From IMG/VR virus record IMGVR_UViG_3300021964_000069, positions 1 through 59,799 of that record: DNA of 59,799 nt; one strand, written 5' to 3'. The position numbers and the translations under genes are program-made. The notes below the pieces were generated by a model that saw nothing but the letters and a program-made list of their open reading frames with translations, was not told the DNA's origin and did not search any database. The DNA comes from a virus (taxonomy: Duplodnaviria > Caudoviricetes). Shown here piece by piece: positions 24,802 through 34,887 of the stretch. How positions within the stretch are numbered: position 1 is the stretch's first letter; the number at the start of each line of letters is the position of its first letter.

Positions 24802-25761
24802 ATGGCAATAAAATATTTAAATAATGTAGACCTGTCTAAAAATCAGTTACAAAACGCTGTAATACAGGTATTAGCTTCAGATCCATCAGGTGCAGTAGCT
24901 GGTCAGATATATTATAATTCAACAGATAATGTTCTTAAGTATTATAATGGTACGGATTGGTTATCTGCAGGGGGAGATATAACAGAAATTACAACAGCTA
25001 CAGCAGATCAATTAACAATTACCAACGGAAGTGGTCCTATACCTAATGTTGATATAGTCACAGGAGCGGTAACTAATGCTGGAGTTGAATTAGCTACGGG
25101 TGATCAGATTTATGATTTTGTAACCACAGGTGTTAATGCTCGTATTCAAAATATTACAGATCCAACCGATGCTCAGGATGTAGCAACTAAAAACTACGTA
25201 GATACAATCGCTACTGGTTTATTAGAATACAAAGGTGGCTACGACGCCAGCACTAACACGCCTGATTTAGATACTGCTTCTAATATTGAAATTGCTAAAG
25301 GTGATACTTATACAGTAACCGCCGATGGAACCTTTTTTACAGAGCAAGTTCGTATTGGTGATGTTATTATTGCTGAAACAGCAATTGCAGCATCAACTGG
25401 TGGTACACTAGCAGACTTTACAATTGTACAGTCTAATGTTGATTTAGCTACTGCAGCCGCAACTTCAGGCGCAGCAGTAAAAGGTATTGCTGGATATGAC
25501 TCAGCAGATTTTGATGTTACATCTGGGTTTGTATCACTTGCAACAAAAACATATAAAGCTTTAATAGGTAATGGTTCATTGACCACTGTGCCTGTAACAC
25601 ATGGTTTAAATAGCCAAGATTTAATAATACAATTATTTGATGCTTCTACTAATGAAACCGTTTATGCGGATGTAGTAAGAACAAGCACATCTCAAGTTGA
25701 TGTAATTTTTTCAACAGCACCCGCAACCAACTCAATAAAAATATTAATTCAGAAAATATAA
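24802..25761 (+). CDS. Tail fibre protein
   Basis: GQIYYNSTDN.LKYYNG..W, DPTDAQDVATKNYVD, YKGGYDASTNTP, VTHGLNS motifs. Confidence 0.8.
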   Translation: MAIKYLNNVDLSKNQLQNAVIQVLASDPSGAVAGQIYYNSTDNVLKYYNGTDWLSAGGDITEITTATADQLTITNGSGPIPNVDIVTGAVTNAGVELATGDQIYDFVTTGVNARIQNITDPTDAQDVATKNYVDTIATGLLEYKGGYDASTNTPDLDTASNIEIAKGDTYTVTADGTFFTEQVRIGDVIIAETAIAASTGGTLADFTIVQSNVDLATAAATSGAAVKGIAGYDSADFDVTSGFVSLATKTYKALIGNGSLTTVPVTHGLNSQDLIIQLFDASTNETVYADVVRTSTSQVDVIFSTAPATNSIKILIQKI

Positions 25762-25764
25762 CTT

Positions 25765-28700
25765 ATGGGCATTAAATTCAAATCGCCACTAGCGCTTTCG
25801 GCACACAGGGCTATAGCACATAGCGATGATGCCCAAACGCTAGAAGTAACAGTTGTAACAAAAACAGCTGCGCACCCTGAATTTGGTAATGGCAGTACAA
25901 ATGGGTATTCCATAGATGGCGTAGAAGGCCCTTATTTGGAATTTACTCCTGGTAATACATATAAGTTTGATCAGTCAGATAGCTCTAATACAGGGCATCC
26001 TTTGGCTTTTTATGAGGACGCGGCAAAAACTACATCATATACATCTGGCGTAACAACAGTTGGAACACCTGGATCATCAGGAGCTTATACTCAAATAATA
26101 CCAACAGCTTCAACGCCTCCTATACTTTATTACCAATGTACTGCTCATTCTTTAATGGGTAGCTATACCAAATTTGGTACAGGTTCTCAGGGGGATACTT
26201 ATACGTTTAGTGCCTCACAAGATGGTGATAATGTTGATTTATTATTGGATGCTGGTTCTGGAACAGATTCTACTGTTCAATTAACAGCAGGTACAAATGT
26301 TACTTTAACTAGAAATAGTGCTTCTGAAGTAACTATTGATGCTTCAGGAGAAGCGGAATCTGCACTTAAAATACTTTTAACTGTTAAGAATGTATCCGGA
26401 GGATCGCTTAGTCCCGGAACGCTTGTAAGGGTAGCCCCAACAGCAACTCCCCCTTCTGGAAATGTTTTAGAAGTAGACGTAGCTGATAATAGTGCTTCGT
26501 CCACAATGCCTGCTATAGGTATACTAATAGATACTATAGCTGATCAAGCAGAAGGAAACTGTGTTGCTTTTGGTAGAGCTGCTGGATTTTCTACGTCAGG
26601 TTATACTGAAGGAGACCCTATATGGGTTGGTAGTAGTGGTGCATTTACAGGTACAAAACCAACGGGAACAGCCTTAATACAAAGGGTTGGTCAGATTATT
26701 AAAGTACATAGTTCTAACGGTAGTATTGAAGTGTTTGGTGCAGGAAGATCTAATGATGTTCCAAATATTCCTCAAGATCAATTATGGTTAGGTAATTCAA
26801 GTGGTGTTGCTACAGCTACAAGTCATACCGTAGAGAACATATCTAATGTAACTACATCATCTAAAATAGATGGTCAATCATTAGTTTGGGATGCTACAAA
26901 TAATTATTGGAAAAACGCAACCGTTTCTGGAGGCGGAGGCGGTACAGTAACAGAGGCGTTTAAAACTTTTGCAGTATCAGGACAAAGTGATATTGTAGCC
27001 GATGGCCCTACTGATACATTAAATGTAGCGGCAGGTAGCAATATTACTTTAACTACAGATGCTACAACAGATACCCTTACGATTGCATCTACTGGCGCAG
27101 GTGGCGGCAATGAGCTTTCCATTGAAACAAATGAATTTACTGCAACTGCTAATCAAACAGCTTTTGTAATATCTTCTGAGATAACATCAAGCTCTAGCAC
27201 ACAAGTTTATATTGACGGAGTATATCAATCAAAAGATAATTATACAACGTCTGGATCAACTGTAACTTTTAGTACAGGTGTTCCTGTTAATTCAAAAGTA
27301 GAAATAGTACATTTTATTTCTGTATTATCAAAAGTATATACTGATGACTTTACAGGTGACGGCTCTACAGTTGCTTTTACAGCTTCTAATGACGTTACAG
27401 ATGAAAATGTTACACAAATATACATAGACGGAGTTTATCAGTCTAAAGACAATTATTCAACTTCTGGCACGACCATTACATTCTCCACCGCACCACCTAA
27501 TGGGAGTGCCATTGAAGTTGTTCATTTTGTACCAGCAACTTATTCAACTTTAAATAGTAATCAGTTTACAGGTACAGGATCACAAACAGATTTTACACTA
27601 ACTCAATCAGTTGAAGAAGATTCATCTTTTGTTTTTTTACAAGGTGTATATCAAGAGAAAAGCACGTATAGCATAAGCGGAACAACACTTACTTTTACAA
27701 CAGCACCGCAAAGTGGATATTCAGTAGAGGTAATAACTGTTGGGCAAGTTTCAATGCGCCCTGATACTATAGATATTGACAACTTTAGTGGCACTGGTTC
27801 ACAAGTAGATTATACTTTAACATCTACCCCTAGCAATGAAAATGCAATTGATGTCTATATAAATGGTTTATATCAACAAAAAGATACGTTTAGCTTATCT
27901 GGCAAAACTTTAACGTTTTCTACCGCTCCACCAAACAACTCAACAATTGAAGTTAAACATCAATTTATAGCCAGTGTAGGTTCAGGTTCAGTAGATTTAA
28001 CAGCTGGTACTGGTATTGGCATTACAGAAAATTCAACAAATAATTTTACTATTTCTTCATCTGTTGAAGCAGGTGTTGATTGGCAATCATCAATTAAAAC
28101 TGCAGATTTTACAGCAGTTGCTGGCAAAGGATATTTTGTTAATACAACTAGCTCAGCGGTAACAGTCACACTTCCTAGTTCACCTAGTTTAGGAAATGAA
28201 GTGCATATAGTTGATTATGCTGGTACAGCTGATACAAATAAAATAACAATTACCTCTAGTGATAACATTAATAGTGCAGGTGGTGATGTATTTATAGATT
28301 ACGAAAGAGGTAGTGTTGCTATAGTTTATATTGACGCTACTCAAGGTTGGGTGGCTTACAATGCCGCGAATGAATCTAGCAATGCGCTAGCTCCTGATTT
28401 ACCTTTAACAGTAGACTATTTAGTAGCTGCTGGTGGAGGTGGCGGCGGCGGCGGCGCGTTTACTAATGCTAATGGCGGGGGTGGTGGTGGTGCTGGCGGC
28501 TTAAGAACTTCTTATGGTTCAACAACTGGTGGGGGTGGCTCTTCAGAAAACAGTTTATCTCTTGCTGTGGCAACAAATTACACAGTTACAATAGGAGCTG
28601 GAGGTAATGGTGGTCCCACTACTTCTGGGGCTACCAGCGGTAGTAATGGTTCTAATTCTGTGTTTTCTACAATAACTTCAACTGGAGGTGGTGGAGCTGG

Positions 28701-29256
28701 AGGAGAAACAGACGCTAATGGAAAAGATGGTGGTTCTGGTGGGGGAGCATCTTCTAGTGGCACTGGTGGATCAGCTGTAACTTCTCCTGTAGTTCAAGGT
28801 TATAATTCAGGAACATCAGTTGGCCAAGGAGCTGGTGGCGGGGGTGCTGCAGCTTTAGGATCAAATTCATCTACATCTGATGTTGGTGGTGATGGTGGTG
28901 CTGGTTTAACTACGTCAATAACTGGAGTATCTGAATCTTTTGCTGGCGGTGGCGGCGGTGGAGGTTATAATGGTGTTGGCGGCTCTGGTGGTATAGGCGG
29001 CGGAGGAGATGGTGGTCAAGCAGCTCCAGAAGTAGGTAGTGATGGAACAAATAATACCGGTGGTGGTGGTGGTGGTTCTAGAAGTAGAAATGCAGCTAGG
29101 GCTGGCGGCGCAGGAGGTAGTGGAGTAGTTATACTACGCTATCCAAATTCATATACTATAACAATAGGTAGCGGTTTAACAGGAACTACTCAAACAACTG
29201 GAACAGATAAAGTTACAACTTTTACAGCTGGAACTGGAAATATAACATTTAGTTAA
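25765..29256 (+). CDS. Large multidomain tail fibre (cupredoxin-like domain, 4 tandem beta repeats, Gly-rich tip)
   Basis: HPL...YYQCTAHSLMG; 4x VYIDGVYQ...Y..SG.T.TFSTAP...IEV; FTAVAGKGYFVNTT module; C-terminal Gly-rich domain. Confidence 0.8.
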   Translation: MGIKFKSPLALSAHRAIAHSDDAQTLEVTVVTKTAAHPEFGNGSTNGYSIDGVEGPYLEFTPGNTYKFDQSDSSNTGHPLAFYEDAAKTTSYTSGVTTVGTPGSSGAYTQIIPTASTPPILYYQCTAHSLMGSYTKFGTGSQGDTYTFSASQDGDNVDLLLDAGSGTDSTVQLTAGTNVTLTRNSASEVTIDASGEAESALKILLTVKNVSGGSLSPGTLVRVAPTATPPSGNVLEVDVADNSASSTMPAIGILIDTIADQAEGNCVAFGRAAGFSTSGYTEGDPIWVGSSGAFTGTKPTGTALIQRVGQIIKVHSSNGSIEVFGAGRSNDVPNIPQDQLWLGNSSGVATATSHTVENISNVTTSSKIDGQSLVWDATNNYWKNATVSGGGGGTVTEAFKTFAVSGQSDIVADGPTDTLNVAAGSNITLTTDATTDTLTIASTGAGGGNELSIETNEFTATANQTAFVISSEITSSSSTQVYIDGVYQSKDNYTTSGSTVTFSTGVPVNSKVEIVHFISVLSKVYTDDFTGDGSTVAFTASNDVTDENVTQIYIDGVYQSKDNYSTSGTTITFSTAPPNGSAIEVVHFVPATYSTLNSNQFTGTGSQTDFTLTQSVEEDSSFVFLQGVYQEKSTYSISGTTLTFTTAPQSGYSVEVITVGQVSMRPDTIDIDNFSGTGSQVDYTLTSTPSNENAIDVYINGLYQQKDTFSLSGKTLTFSTAPPNNSTIEVKHQFIASVGSGSVDLTAGTGIGITENSTNNFTISSSVEAGVDWQSSIKTADFTAVAGKGYFVNTTSSAVTVTLPSSPSLGNEVHIVDYAGTADTNKITITSSDNINSAGGDVFIDYERGSVAIVYIDATQGWVAYNAANESSNALAPDLPLTVDYLVAAGGGGGGGGAFTNANGGGGGGAGGLRTSYGSTTGGGGSSENSLSLAVATNYTVTIGAGGNGGPTTSGATSGSNGSNSVFSTITSTGGGGAGGETDANGKDGGSGGGASSSGTGGSAVTSPVVQGYNSGTSVGQGAGGGGAAALGSNSSTSDVGGDGGAGLTTSITGVSESFAGGGGGGGYNGVGGSGGIGGGGDGGQAAPEVGSDGTNNTGGGGGGSRSRNAARAGGAGGSGVVILRYPNSYTITIGSGLTGTTQTTGTDKVTTFTAGTGNITFS
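27130..27965 (+). repeat. Four tandem ~70-aa beta-domain repeats inside the fibre gene
   Basis: FTG.GS...F.L...(V/I)Y(I/L)(D/N/Q)G(V/L)YQ.K..Y..SG.T.TF.T.P...S.(I/V)E(V/I), seen four times. Confidence 0.85.
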
Positions 29257-29258
29257 TC

Positions 29259-30476
29259 ATGGCACAAACAAAACCTAAAGCAGCACAATTTTATGGAGTA
29301 ACCGGGGACGGTACTGCAGGTCAAGTTTTAGTTAGTGACGGAAACGGGGGGATGTCATGGGGAAGTAATACAGAGGAATTTACTGTTTCATGGAATACTC
29401 CAACAGGACAAAGTCTTACATATACACAACCCTCACCTCAAAGTTCACAAGGAGCAGCCGGAACTGCGTTTCCAACAACAACATTTACAGCAACTAAATC
29501 TGGCGAAATAATTAGTGGCACAGCTACTATAGCGGGTCTACCCACTGGAATAACAGCAACCCAAAGTCTTAGTGGATCTGGAGCTGATAATGTATTAACA
29601 GTCACATTATCCGGTGTATTTCCAAGCCAAGATTCTTTAAATACTGATTTAACTTTATCTGGATTAACAGTTAATACTCCATTAACAATAGATTACCTAA
29701 TAGTTGCTGGTGGCGGCGGAATGGGTAGGTCTGATATATATTACGGCGGTGGCGGCGGCGGTGGTGGCTTTAGAACATCTATATCATCCGATGGAAATGG
29801 AGGAGGAGCTTCATCTGAAACCGCTTTAGAAGTTAATGACAATGGTGTAGATACTTATACAATTACAGTAGGAGCTGGTGGACCGGCTGCAGGTGATAAT
29901 TCATCTAATGGAAGCACGGGGTCAAACTCTGTTTTTTCAACGGTAACTTCTACCGGTGGGGGTGGAGGCGGTAAAGCTGATACAGACGGATTAGATGGCG
30001 GCTCTGGTGGTGGAGGCGGTGGTAATGATGCAGCTAATTCAGGCGGAGCTGCTGTTAGTCCAACTCAAGGATATGCTGGAGGAGGAACTAATAGTGGCAG
30101 CGGACTAGGTGGTGGAGGCGGCGGCGGCGCAGGCTCAATAGGATCAACCGCTACAGCAGGAGGTGCCGCTGGAGGTGATGCTAAAGCATCAACTATTACA
30201 GGATCAAGCGTATATTTTTCTGCCGGTGGCGGTGGTAAACGGGGTTATTCTTTAGCCTCAAATGGCGCGTCTGGCTCTAATTGGCGACAAACTAATTCTG
30301 GTTGTGGTGGTACTGCAACGTCTCCAAAATCTGGTCAAAGTGGTATTGTAATAATTAAGTATCCAAATACTAAAACAGTAACAATAGGATCTGGATTAAC
30401 AGGAAGCACAACTACATCGGGATCAGATAAAATAACCACATTTACAGCTGGAACTGGAACAATAACATTTAGCTAA
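29259..30476 (+). CDS. Tail fibre/adhesin with Ig-like and glycine-rich domains
   Basis: GTAGQVLVSDGNGGMSW; Ig-like segment paralogous to 21485; Gly-rich domain. Confidence 0.8.
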   Translation: MAQTKPKAAQFYGVTGDGTAGQVLVSDGNGGMSWGSNTEEFTVSWNTPTGQSLTYTQPSPQSSQGAAGTAFPTTTFTATKSGEIISGTATIAGLPTGITATQSLSGSGADNVLTVTLSGVFPSQDSLNTDLTLSGLTVNTPLTIDYLIVAGGGGMGRSDIYYGGGGGGGGFRTSISSDGNGGGASSETALEVNDNGVDTYTITVGAGGPAAGDNSSNGSTGSNSVFSTVTSTGGGGGGKADTDGLDGGSGGGGGGNDAANSGGAAVSPTQGYAGGGTNSGSGLGGGGGGGAGSIGSTATAGGAAGGDAKASTITGSSVYFSAGGGGKRGYSLASNGASGSNWRQTNSGCGGTATSPKSGQSGIVIIKYPNTKTVTIGSGLTGSTTTSGSDKITTFTAGTGTITFS

Positions 30477-30478
30477 TT

Positions 30479-31753
30479 ATGGCATTAACAAAATTAATAA
30501 CAGACTTAATTGATGGGTCTTTAGGTACTAACTGGCAAGCTACGCCTAAAACTGCTGCATTTACAGCAGTTGCTGGAGAGGGTTACTTTGTAAATACTAC
30601 AAGTGCTGCAATTACAGTTACGCTGCCTAGTTCGCCTAGTGCTGGTGATGAAATTATCATTGTTGATTATGCTGGTACAGCTGATACAAATAACATAACT
30701 ATAACATCTTCTGATGACATCAATGGCTCTACAAATGATGTTAAAATAAATTACGAAAGAGGTAGTGTATCTATGGTCTATGTAGATTCCACTCAGGGAT
30801 GGATAGCTTACAATGCTAATAATGAAACCGCTGACTCCTTAATTGAAATTGTACCTAATATTGATATTGAAGTTTTAATTGTTGGTGGTGGTGGTGGAAG
30901 TTCAAGAGGTGCTGGAAGTGGTGGAGGTGGTGCTGGAGGTGTGCAAACTGGAACACTTTCTTTAGATCCAGTTACAGCTACTGTACTAACTACTACTGTT
31001 GGTGGTGGTGGAGGTAAAGCTACTGGCGGATATCCATCTTTAGGAACGAGCGGTTCTTTATCAAAAATAGTTTTAACAGGCGGAACTTCTGGAACTTATA
31101 CAGCCGATGGTGGAGGTTATGGTGGAACACATCAAAGCGGCAACGATGCCGCAAATGGTGGCTCTGGTGGTGGCGGGGGTGGTTATACTGGAAATAACAC
31201 TGATACTAGTGGTGGAACATCTACACAAACAAGCACATCACCTTTAACTGGATATGGAAACGCTGGTGCTGATGGAGGTACTGGCTCTGGATATATTGGA
31301 GGGGGTGGAGGAGGAGCTGGAGCGGCTGGTACGCTTGCATCTGGCTCAGTAGCTGGTAGCGGAGGTGCTGGTATAACTACAAACATAATTTCAACTAGCA
31401 TTGCTACTGCGCAATCTATTGGAGAGGTAGCATCATCATCAGTATATTTTGCTGGAGGTGGTGGAGGTGGAGTAGAAAGTGGATCAAACACACCAGGAAC
31501 TGGTGGTTATGGAGGGGGTGGTGATGGAACTAACAACGCAAATCCAACTAATTCACCCAGTAATACTGGTGGTGGAGCTGGCGGAGGTGGAACTAGTACT
31601 GCTGGTGGAGCAAATGGAGGCTCTGGTTTGGTTATCTTAAAAATGCTTACTTCAGATTATAATTCATCTGGAAATTCAGGAGGAACAGTAGTTACAGATG
31701 GATCAAATACAATATTAATATTTAAATCAGGTGGTAGTTATACAACTATATAA
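30479..31753 (+). CDS. Tail fibre/adhesin with glycine-rich domain
   Basis: MALTKL; FTAVAGEGYFVNTT module paralogous to 25765; Gly-rich domain ending GGSGLVILK. Confidence 0.8.
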   Translation: MALTKLITDLIDGSLGTNWQATPKTAAFTAVAGEGYFVNTTSAAITVTLPSSPSAGDEIIIVDYAGTADTNNITITSSDDINGSTNDVKINYERGSVSMVYVDSTQGWIAYNANNETADSLIEIVPNIDIEVLIVGGGGGSSRGAGSGGGGAGGVQTGTLSLDPVTATVLTTTVGGGGGKATGGYPSLGTSGSLSKIVLTGGTSGTYTADGGGYGGTHQSGNDAANGGSGGGGGGYTGNNTDTSGGTSTQTSTSPLTGYGNAGADGGTGSGYIGGGGGGAGAAGTLASGSVAGSGGAGITTNIISTSIATAQSIGEVASSSVYFAGGGGGGVESGSNTPGTGGYGGGGDGTNNANPTNSPSNTGGGAGGGGTSTAGGANGGSGLVILKMLTSDYNSSGNSGGTVVTDGSNTILIFKSGGSYTTI

Positions 31754-31765
31754 AATAAAATAAAC

Positions 31766-32137
31766 ATGGCACATTACGCATTTTTAAATATGCAAAACGT
31801 AGTTACTGAAGTGATAGTAGGTAAAGAAGAAACGGATGGACCAACAAATTGGGAAATTCACTACGGAAATATTAGAGAACAAGTTTGTAAAAGAACTTCT
31901 TATAATACATATGGTGGAGTACATTCTGGTGGTGGCGTTGCCTTTAGAAAAAACTACGCTGGTATAGGATATACGTACGATGAAACTCGTGATGCATTTA
32001 TTCCACCAAAACCATACGATAGCTGGATGCTAAACGAAACTACTTGTTTATGGGAAGCACCCACTGCATATCCAACAGACGGACAACAATATGTTTGGAA
32101 TGAATCTACTACAAGCTGGGATTTAATAGCTGAATAA
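31766..32137 (+). CDS. Conserved fibre-associated protein (assembly chaperone-like), paralogue 1
   Basis: MAHYA...TSYNT.GG.H...RKNYAGIGYTYD..RDAFIPPK...W.LNE..CLWEAP. Confidence 0.75.
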   Translation: MAHYAFLNMQNVVTEVIVGKEETDGPTNWEIHYGNIREQVCKRTSYNTYGGVHSGGGVAFRKNYAGIGYTYDETRDAFIPPKPYDSWMLNETTCLWEAPTAYPTDGQQYVWNESTTSWDLIAE

Positions 32138-32139
32138 AT

Positions 32140-32511
32140 ATGGCGAATTACGCAAAAATAAACCAAGGAAAAGTAGTTAAAGTAATTGTAGCAGAAGCAT
32201 CATTTTTTGATAATTTTGTTGATGATTCACCGGGCACATGGATTAAAACATCTTATAATACTCATGGAGGAGTTCATTATACAAATGGAATTGCATCAGC
32301 TGATCAATCAAAAGCACTTAGAAAAAACTATGCGGGCATAGGTTACTCTTATGATGAAGGTAGAGATGCATTTATTCCACCAAAATTTTATGCTAGCTGG
32401 GTATTGAACGAAACTAGTTGCTTATGGGAAGCGCCAGTATCTTATCCAGATGACGGGCAACAATATACTTGGAATGAAGAAACGACAAGTTGGGATTTAA
32501 TAACAGATTAA
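32140..32511 (+). CDS. Conserved fibre-associated protein, paralogue 2
   Basis: Same motifs as 31766; tandem duplicate. Confidence 0.75.
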   Translation: MANYAKINQGKVVKVIVAEASFFDNFVDDSPGTWIKTSYNTHGGVHYTNGIASADQSKALRKNYAGIGYSYDEGRDAFIPPKFYASWVLNETSCLWEAPVSYPDDGQQYTWNEETTSWDLITD

Positions 32512-32521
32512 AAAATAAAAA

Positions 32522-33052
32522 ATGGCATTAACTAGAGTAACCGCGGCAGTATTAAGCGATGGAGCAGTAGACTCTACAAAGTTGGCTGATGGCGCGGTGG
32601 ACAGTACACAGTTAGCGGATGGATCAATAGACACTACGCAGCTTGCTGCAAATTCAGTAGACGGTACAAAAATAGCCGCCAATGCAGTTGGTCACACAAA
32701 TTTAGAAGCTAGATATACGGCACAAGCGTCAATCACAACATTAACAGGAACAGTTTCTTTTGATTGTTCAACTGCTAGTAGCTTTAAATTAAGTGGCGAT
32801 TTAACTGGTGCATATACAATTGATTTGTCAAATTATAAAAAGGGCCAAGTTGTTTCGATATATCCATTGAAAGCACAATCAGTTACATTAGATGCACAAG
32901 GTAGTTCAACAAACACTTTTAACAAAATTGGCGCTATTGACTACGATAACACTATATCTAGTATTTTGCAAATTGAGTGTGTGGATGATTCTGCAACAGA
33001 TCCTGTTTTCTTTTATTCAATTGCTACATTTGCGAGTGACTCAACTATTTAA
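32522..33052 (+). CDS. Short fibre protein with 10-aa repeats
   Basis: LSDGAVDSTK-LADGAVDSTQ-LADGSIDTTQ-LAANSVDGTK-IAANAVG. Confidence 0.75.
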   Translation: MALTRVTAAVLSDGAVDSTKLADGAVDSTQLADGSIDTTQLAANSVDGTKIAANAVGHTNLEARYTAQASITTLTGTVSFDCSTASSFKLSGDLTGAYTIDLSNYKKGQVVSIYPLKAQSVTLDAQGSSTNTFNKIGAIDYDNTISSILQIECVDDSATDPVFFYSIATFASDSTI

Positions 33053-33055
33053 ACT

Positions 33056-33970
33056 ATGGGATTAGGTAGAAGATTTTTAACAACAGGAGGGATTACACTA
33101 GTTCAATTTGATTTGCAATTTTTAGTTCAAGCTGGCGGAGCAGGCGGAGGACAAACAGGTGGGGCTGGAAGATATTCAGGAGGCGGTGGCGCAGGCGGCT
33201 TTAGATCTTCTGTAGACAATTCGGGTGGCGGCACAGCTGCAGAGTCCGCAATAACCGCGTCAAGTAATGACGTTTTAACTATAACAGTAGGTTCTGGTGG
33301 GACTGTAAATTCTAATGGTAACGATTCTTCTATAACTTCTGCTAATTCTAACTTTACTGCGGTAACCTGTACAGGAGGAGGTAAAGGTGGTGGAGGTGGT
33401 AGTGGATCTCCTGGAAATGGAGGCTGTGGAGGTGGCTATCATACAGCCTCTGTTGGATTAGGAACAGCAGGTCAAGGGCGCAACGGGGGTCCTGGAGATA
33501 ACACAGGCAACGCCAGCTATCAGATGGGTGGTGGTGGAGGTGGAACCGCTTTTGCTGGTAATTCATTAGGACCCGGTAGTGGTGGTAATGGTACTATATC
33601 TTCTATTATATCTACATCAAATGCAAATGCTCAAAGTGTTGGAGAAGTAAGCGGAGGAAATGTTTATTACGGTGGTGGTGGTGGAGGCTACGATCAAGTT
33701 AGTAATAGTTCTGTATTTATTGGTTTAGGCGGGGGAGCGTCTTTACATGGGAGTGGCATAGCGAGAGATTCTTTAATAAATTCAGGAGGAGCAGGCGCAG
33801 CTTCAGATCAATTAACTAGTCGAACCAAAACCTATGGGTCAAGTGGGGTGGTAATACTTAAAATGCCTACCTCAGTTTATACAGGAACAACAACAGGAAG
33901 CCCTGTGGTTTTAACCGACGGTACTGACACAGTTTTAATTTTTAAATCTTCAGGAACATATACAACTTAA
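33056..33970 (+). CDS. Stand-alone glycine-rich domain protein
   Basis: FLVQAGG...GGGGAGGFRSS...SSGVVILK. Confidence 0.8.
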   Translation: MGLGRRFLTTGGITLVQFDLQFLVQAGGAGGGQTGGAGRYSGGGGAGGFRSSVDNSGGGTAAESAITASSNDVLTITVGSGGTVNSNGNDSSITSANSNFTAVTCTGGGKGGGGGSGSPGNGGCGGGYHTASVGLGTAGQGRNGGPGDNTGNASYQMGGGGGGTAFAGNSLGPGSGGNGTISSIISTSNANAQSVGEVSGGNVYYGGGGGGYDQVSNSSVFIGLGGGASLHGSGIARDSLINSGGAGAASDQLTSRTKTYGSSGVVILKMPTSVYTGTTTGSPVVLTDGTDTVLIFKSSGTYTT

Positions 33971-33971
33971 A

Positions 33972-34388
33972 ATGGAGAAAAAGAAATTTAAAGACACCAC
34001 GGTTGGCAAATTTTTACTAAACAAAATACCATCCGTGGTGGGTGCAATAGCAGAAGATACACCGGTTGGAAGTGTTATTCAAGCGATTATTGGTGGCTCT
34101 GAAATGTCAGATGCTGACAAGCAATTAGCACTTAAAAAACTAGAATTAGAAAGAACAGAAATTGACGGCATAACAAAACGTTGGGTAGCTGACGCAAGAT
34201 CAGGATCTTGGTTGGCTGCAAATGTAAGACCATTAACATTAGTATTTTTAACAGTAGCTTTTGTTATTGGATGGTATATGCAAATAGAGCAATTAGATAC
34301 AGTAAAAGAATTGATGACAATTGTATTCATAGGATATTTTGGATCTCGCGGCGCTGAAAAGATTATGGGTAATAACAGACACAAATGA
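33972..34388 (+). CDS. Holin (3TM/GTA-holin-like)
   Basis: RW.AD..S.SWLA.NVRPL.L, two C-terminal TM segments, YFGSRG.EK. Confidence 0.8.
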   Translation: MEKKKFKDTTVGKFLLNKIPSVVGAIAEDTPVGSVIQAIIGGSEMSDADKQLALKKLELERTEIDGITKRWVADARSGSWLAANVRPLTLVFLTVAFVIGWYMQIEQLDTVKELMTIVFIGYFGSRGAEKIMGNNRHK

Positions 34389-34537
34389 CAGATTTAAAAA
34401 TATACGGTATAAATATAACAGCATTATTAGCAAGCTCGCCGTTGGCAGAAGGTTTAAATCCCGCGCTACAAACAGGGGTTTTATTATTAACAATTGTTTA
34501 TACTTTAATTAACATACATAGTAAACTTAAAAAGTAA
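34385..34537 (+). CDS. Small membrane protein in the lysis cassette (50 aa, not in ORF track)
   Basis: MTDLKIYGINITALLASSPLAEGLNPALQTGVLLLTIVYTLINIHSKLKK; ATGA overlap with the holin. Confidence 0.65.
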   Translation: MTDLKIYGINITALLASSPLAEGLNPALQTGVLLLTIVYTLINIHSKLKK

Positions 34538-34541
34538 TATA

Positions 34542-34886
34542 ATGAAATACTTTAATGAATCTGAATTTAATGAATTCAATAAAATGAATCCAAAGCTTTT
34601 AGAAATGCTTGATAATCTAAGAGAAGCTTATGGTTTTCCAATTAAATTAACCTCTACTTATAGAAGCCCAGATCATCCTATTGAAGCTAAAAAAGCAAAA
34701 CCCGGCGAACACGCTCACGGAGCGGCCGTGGATATTGCATGTGTGGGTGGCGAAGCCACCTTTAAATTAGTTAAAGCCGCTATAGAGGTAGGTTTTAAAA
34801 GAATAGGCATATCAAGAAAAAACAACTTTGTGCATGTGGGTATAGGTTATCCAGGGGCACCTGATACAACAATTTGGACTTACTAA
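34542..34886 (+). CDS. Endolysin, peptidase M15A family
   Basis: YFNESEF, LDNLRE.YG.PI.LTS.YRS..H, H.HG.AVDI, RIGI, FVHV. Confidence 0.9.
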   Translation: MKYFNESEFNEFNKMNPKLLEMLDNLREAYGFPIKLTSTYRSPDHPIEAKKAKPGEHAHGAAVDIACVGGEATFKLVKAAIEVGFKRIGISRKNNFVHVGIGYPGAPDTTIWTY

Positions 34887-34887
34887 A

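Noticed and set aside
25765-33970. Diversity-generating retroelement or invertase shufflon acting on fibre tips
   Set aside because: No reverse transcriptase or site-specific recombinase in the window; shared segments are all coding, co-oriented and not evidently adenine-specific in their differences.
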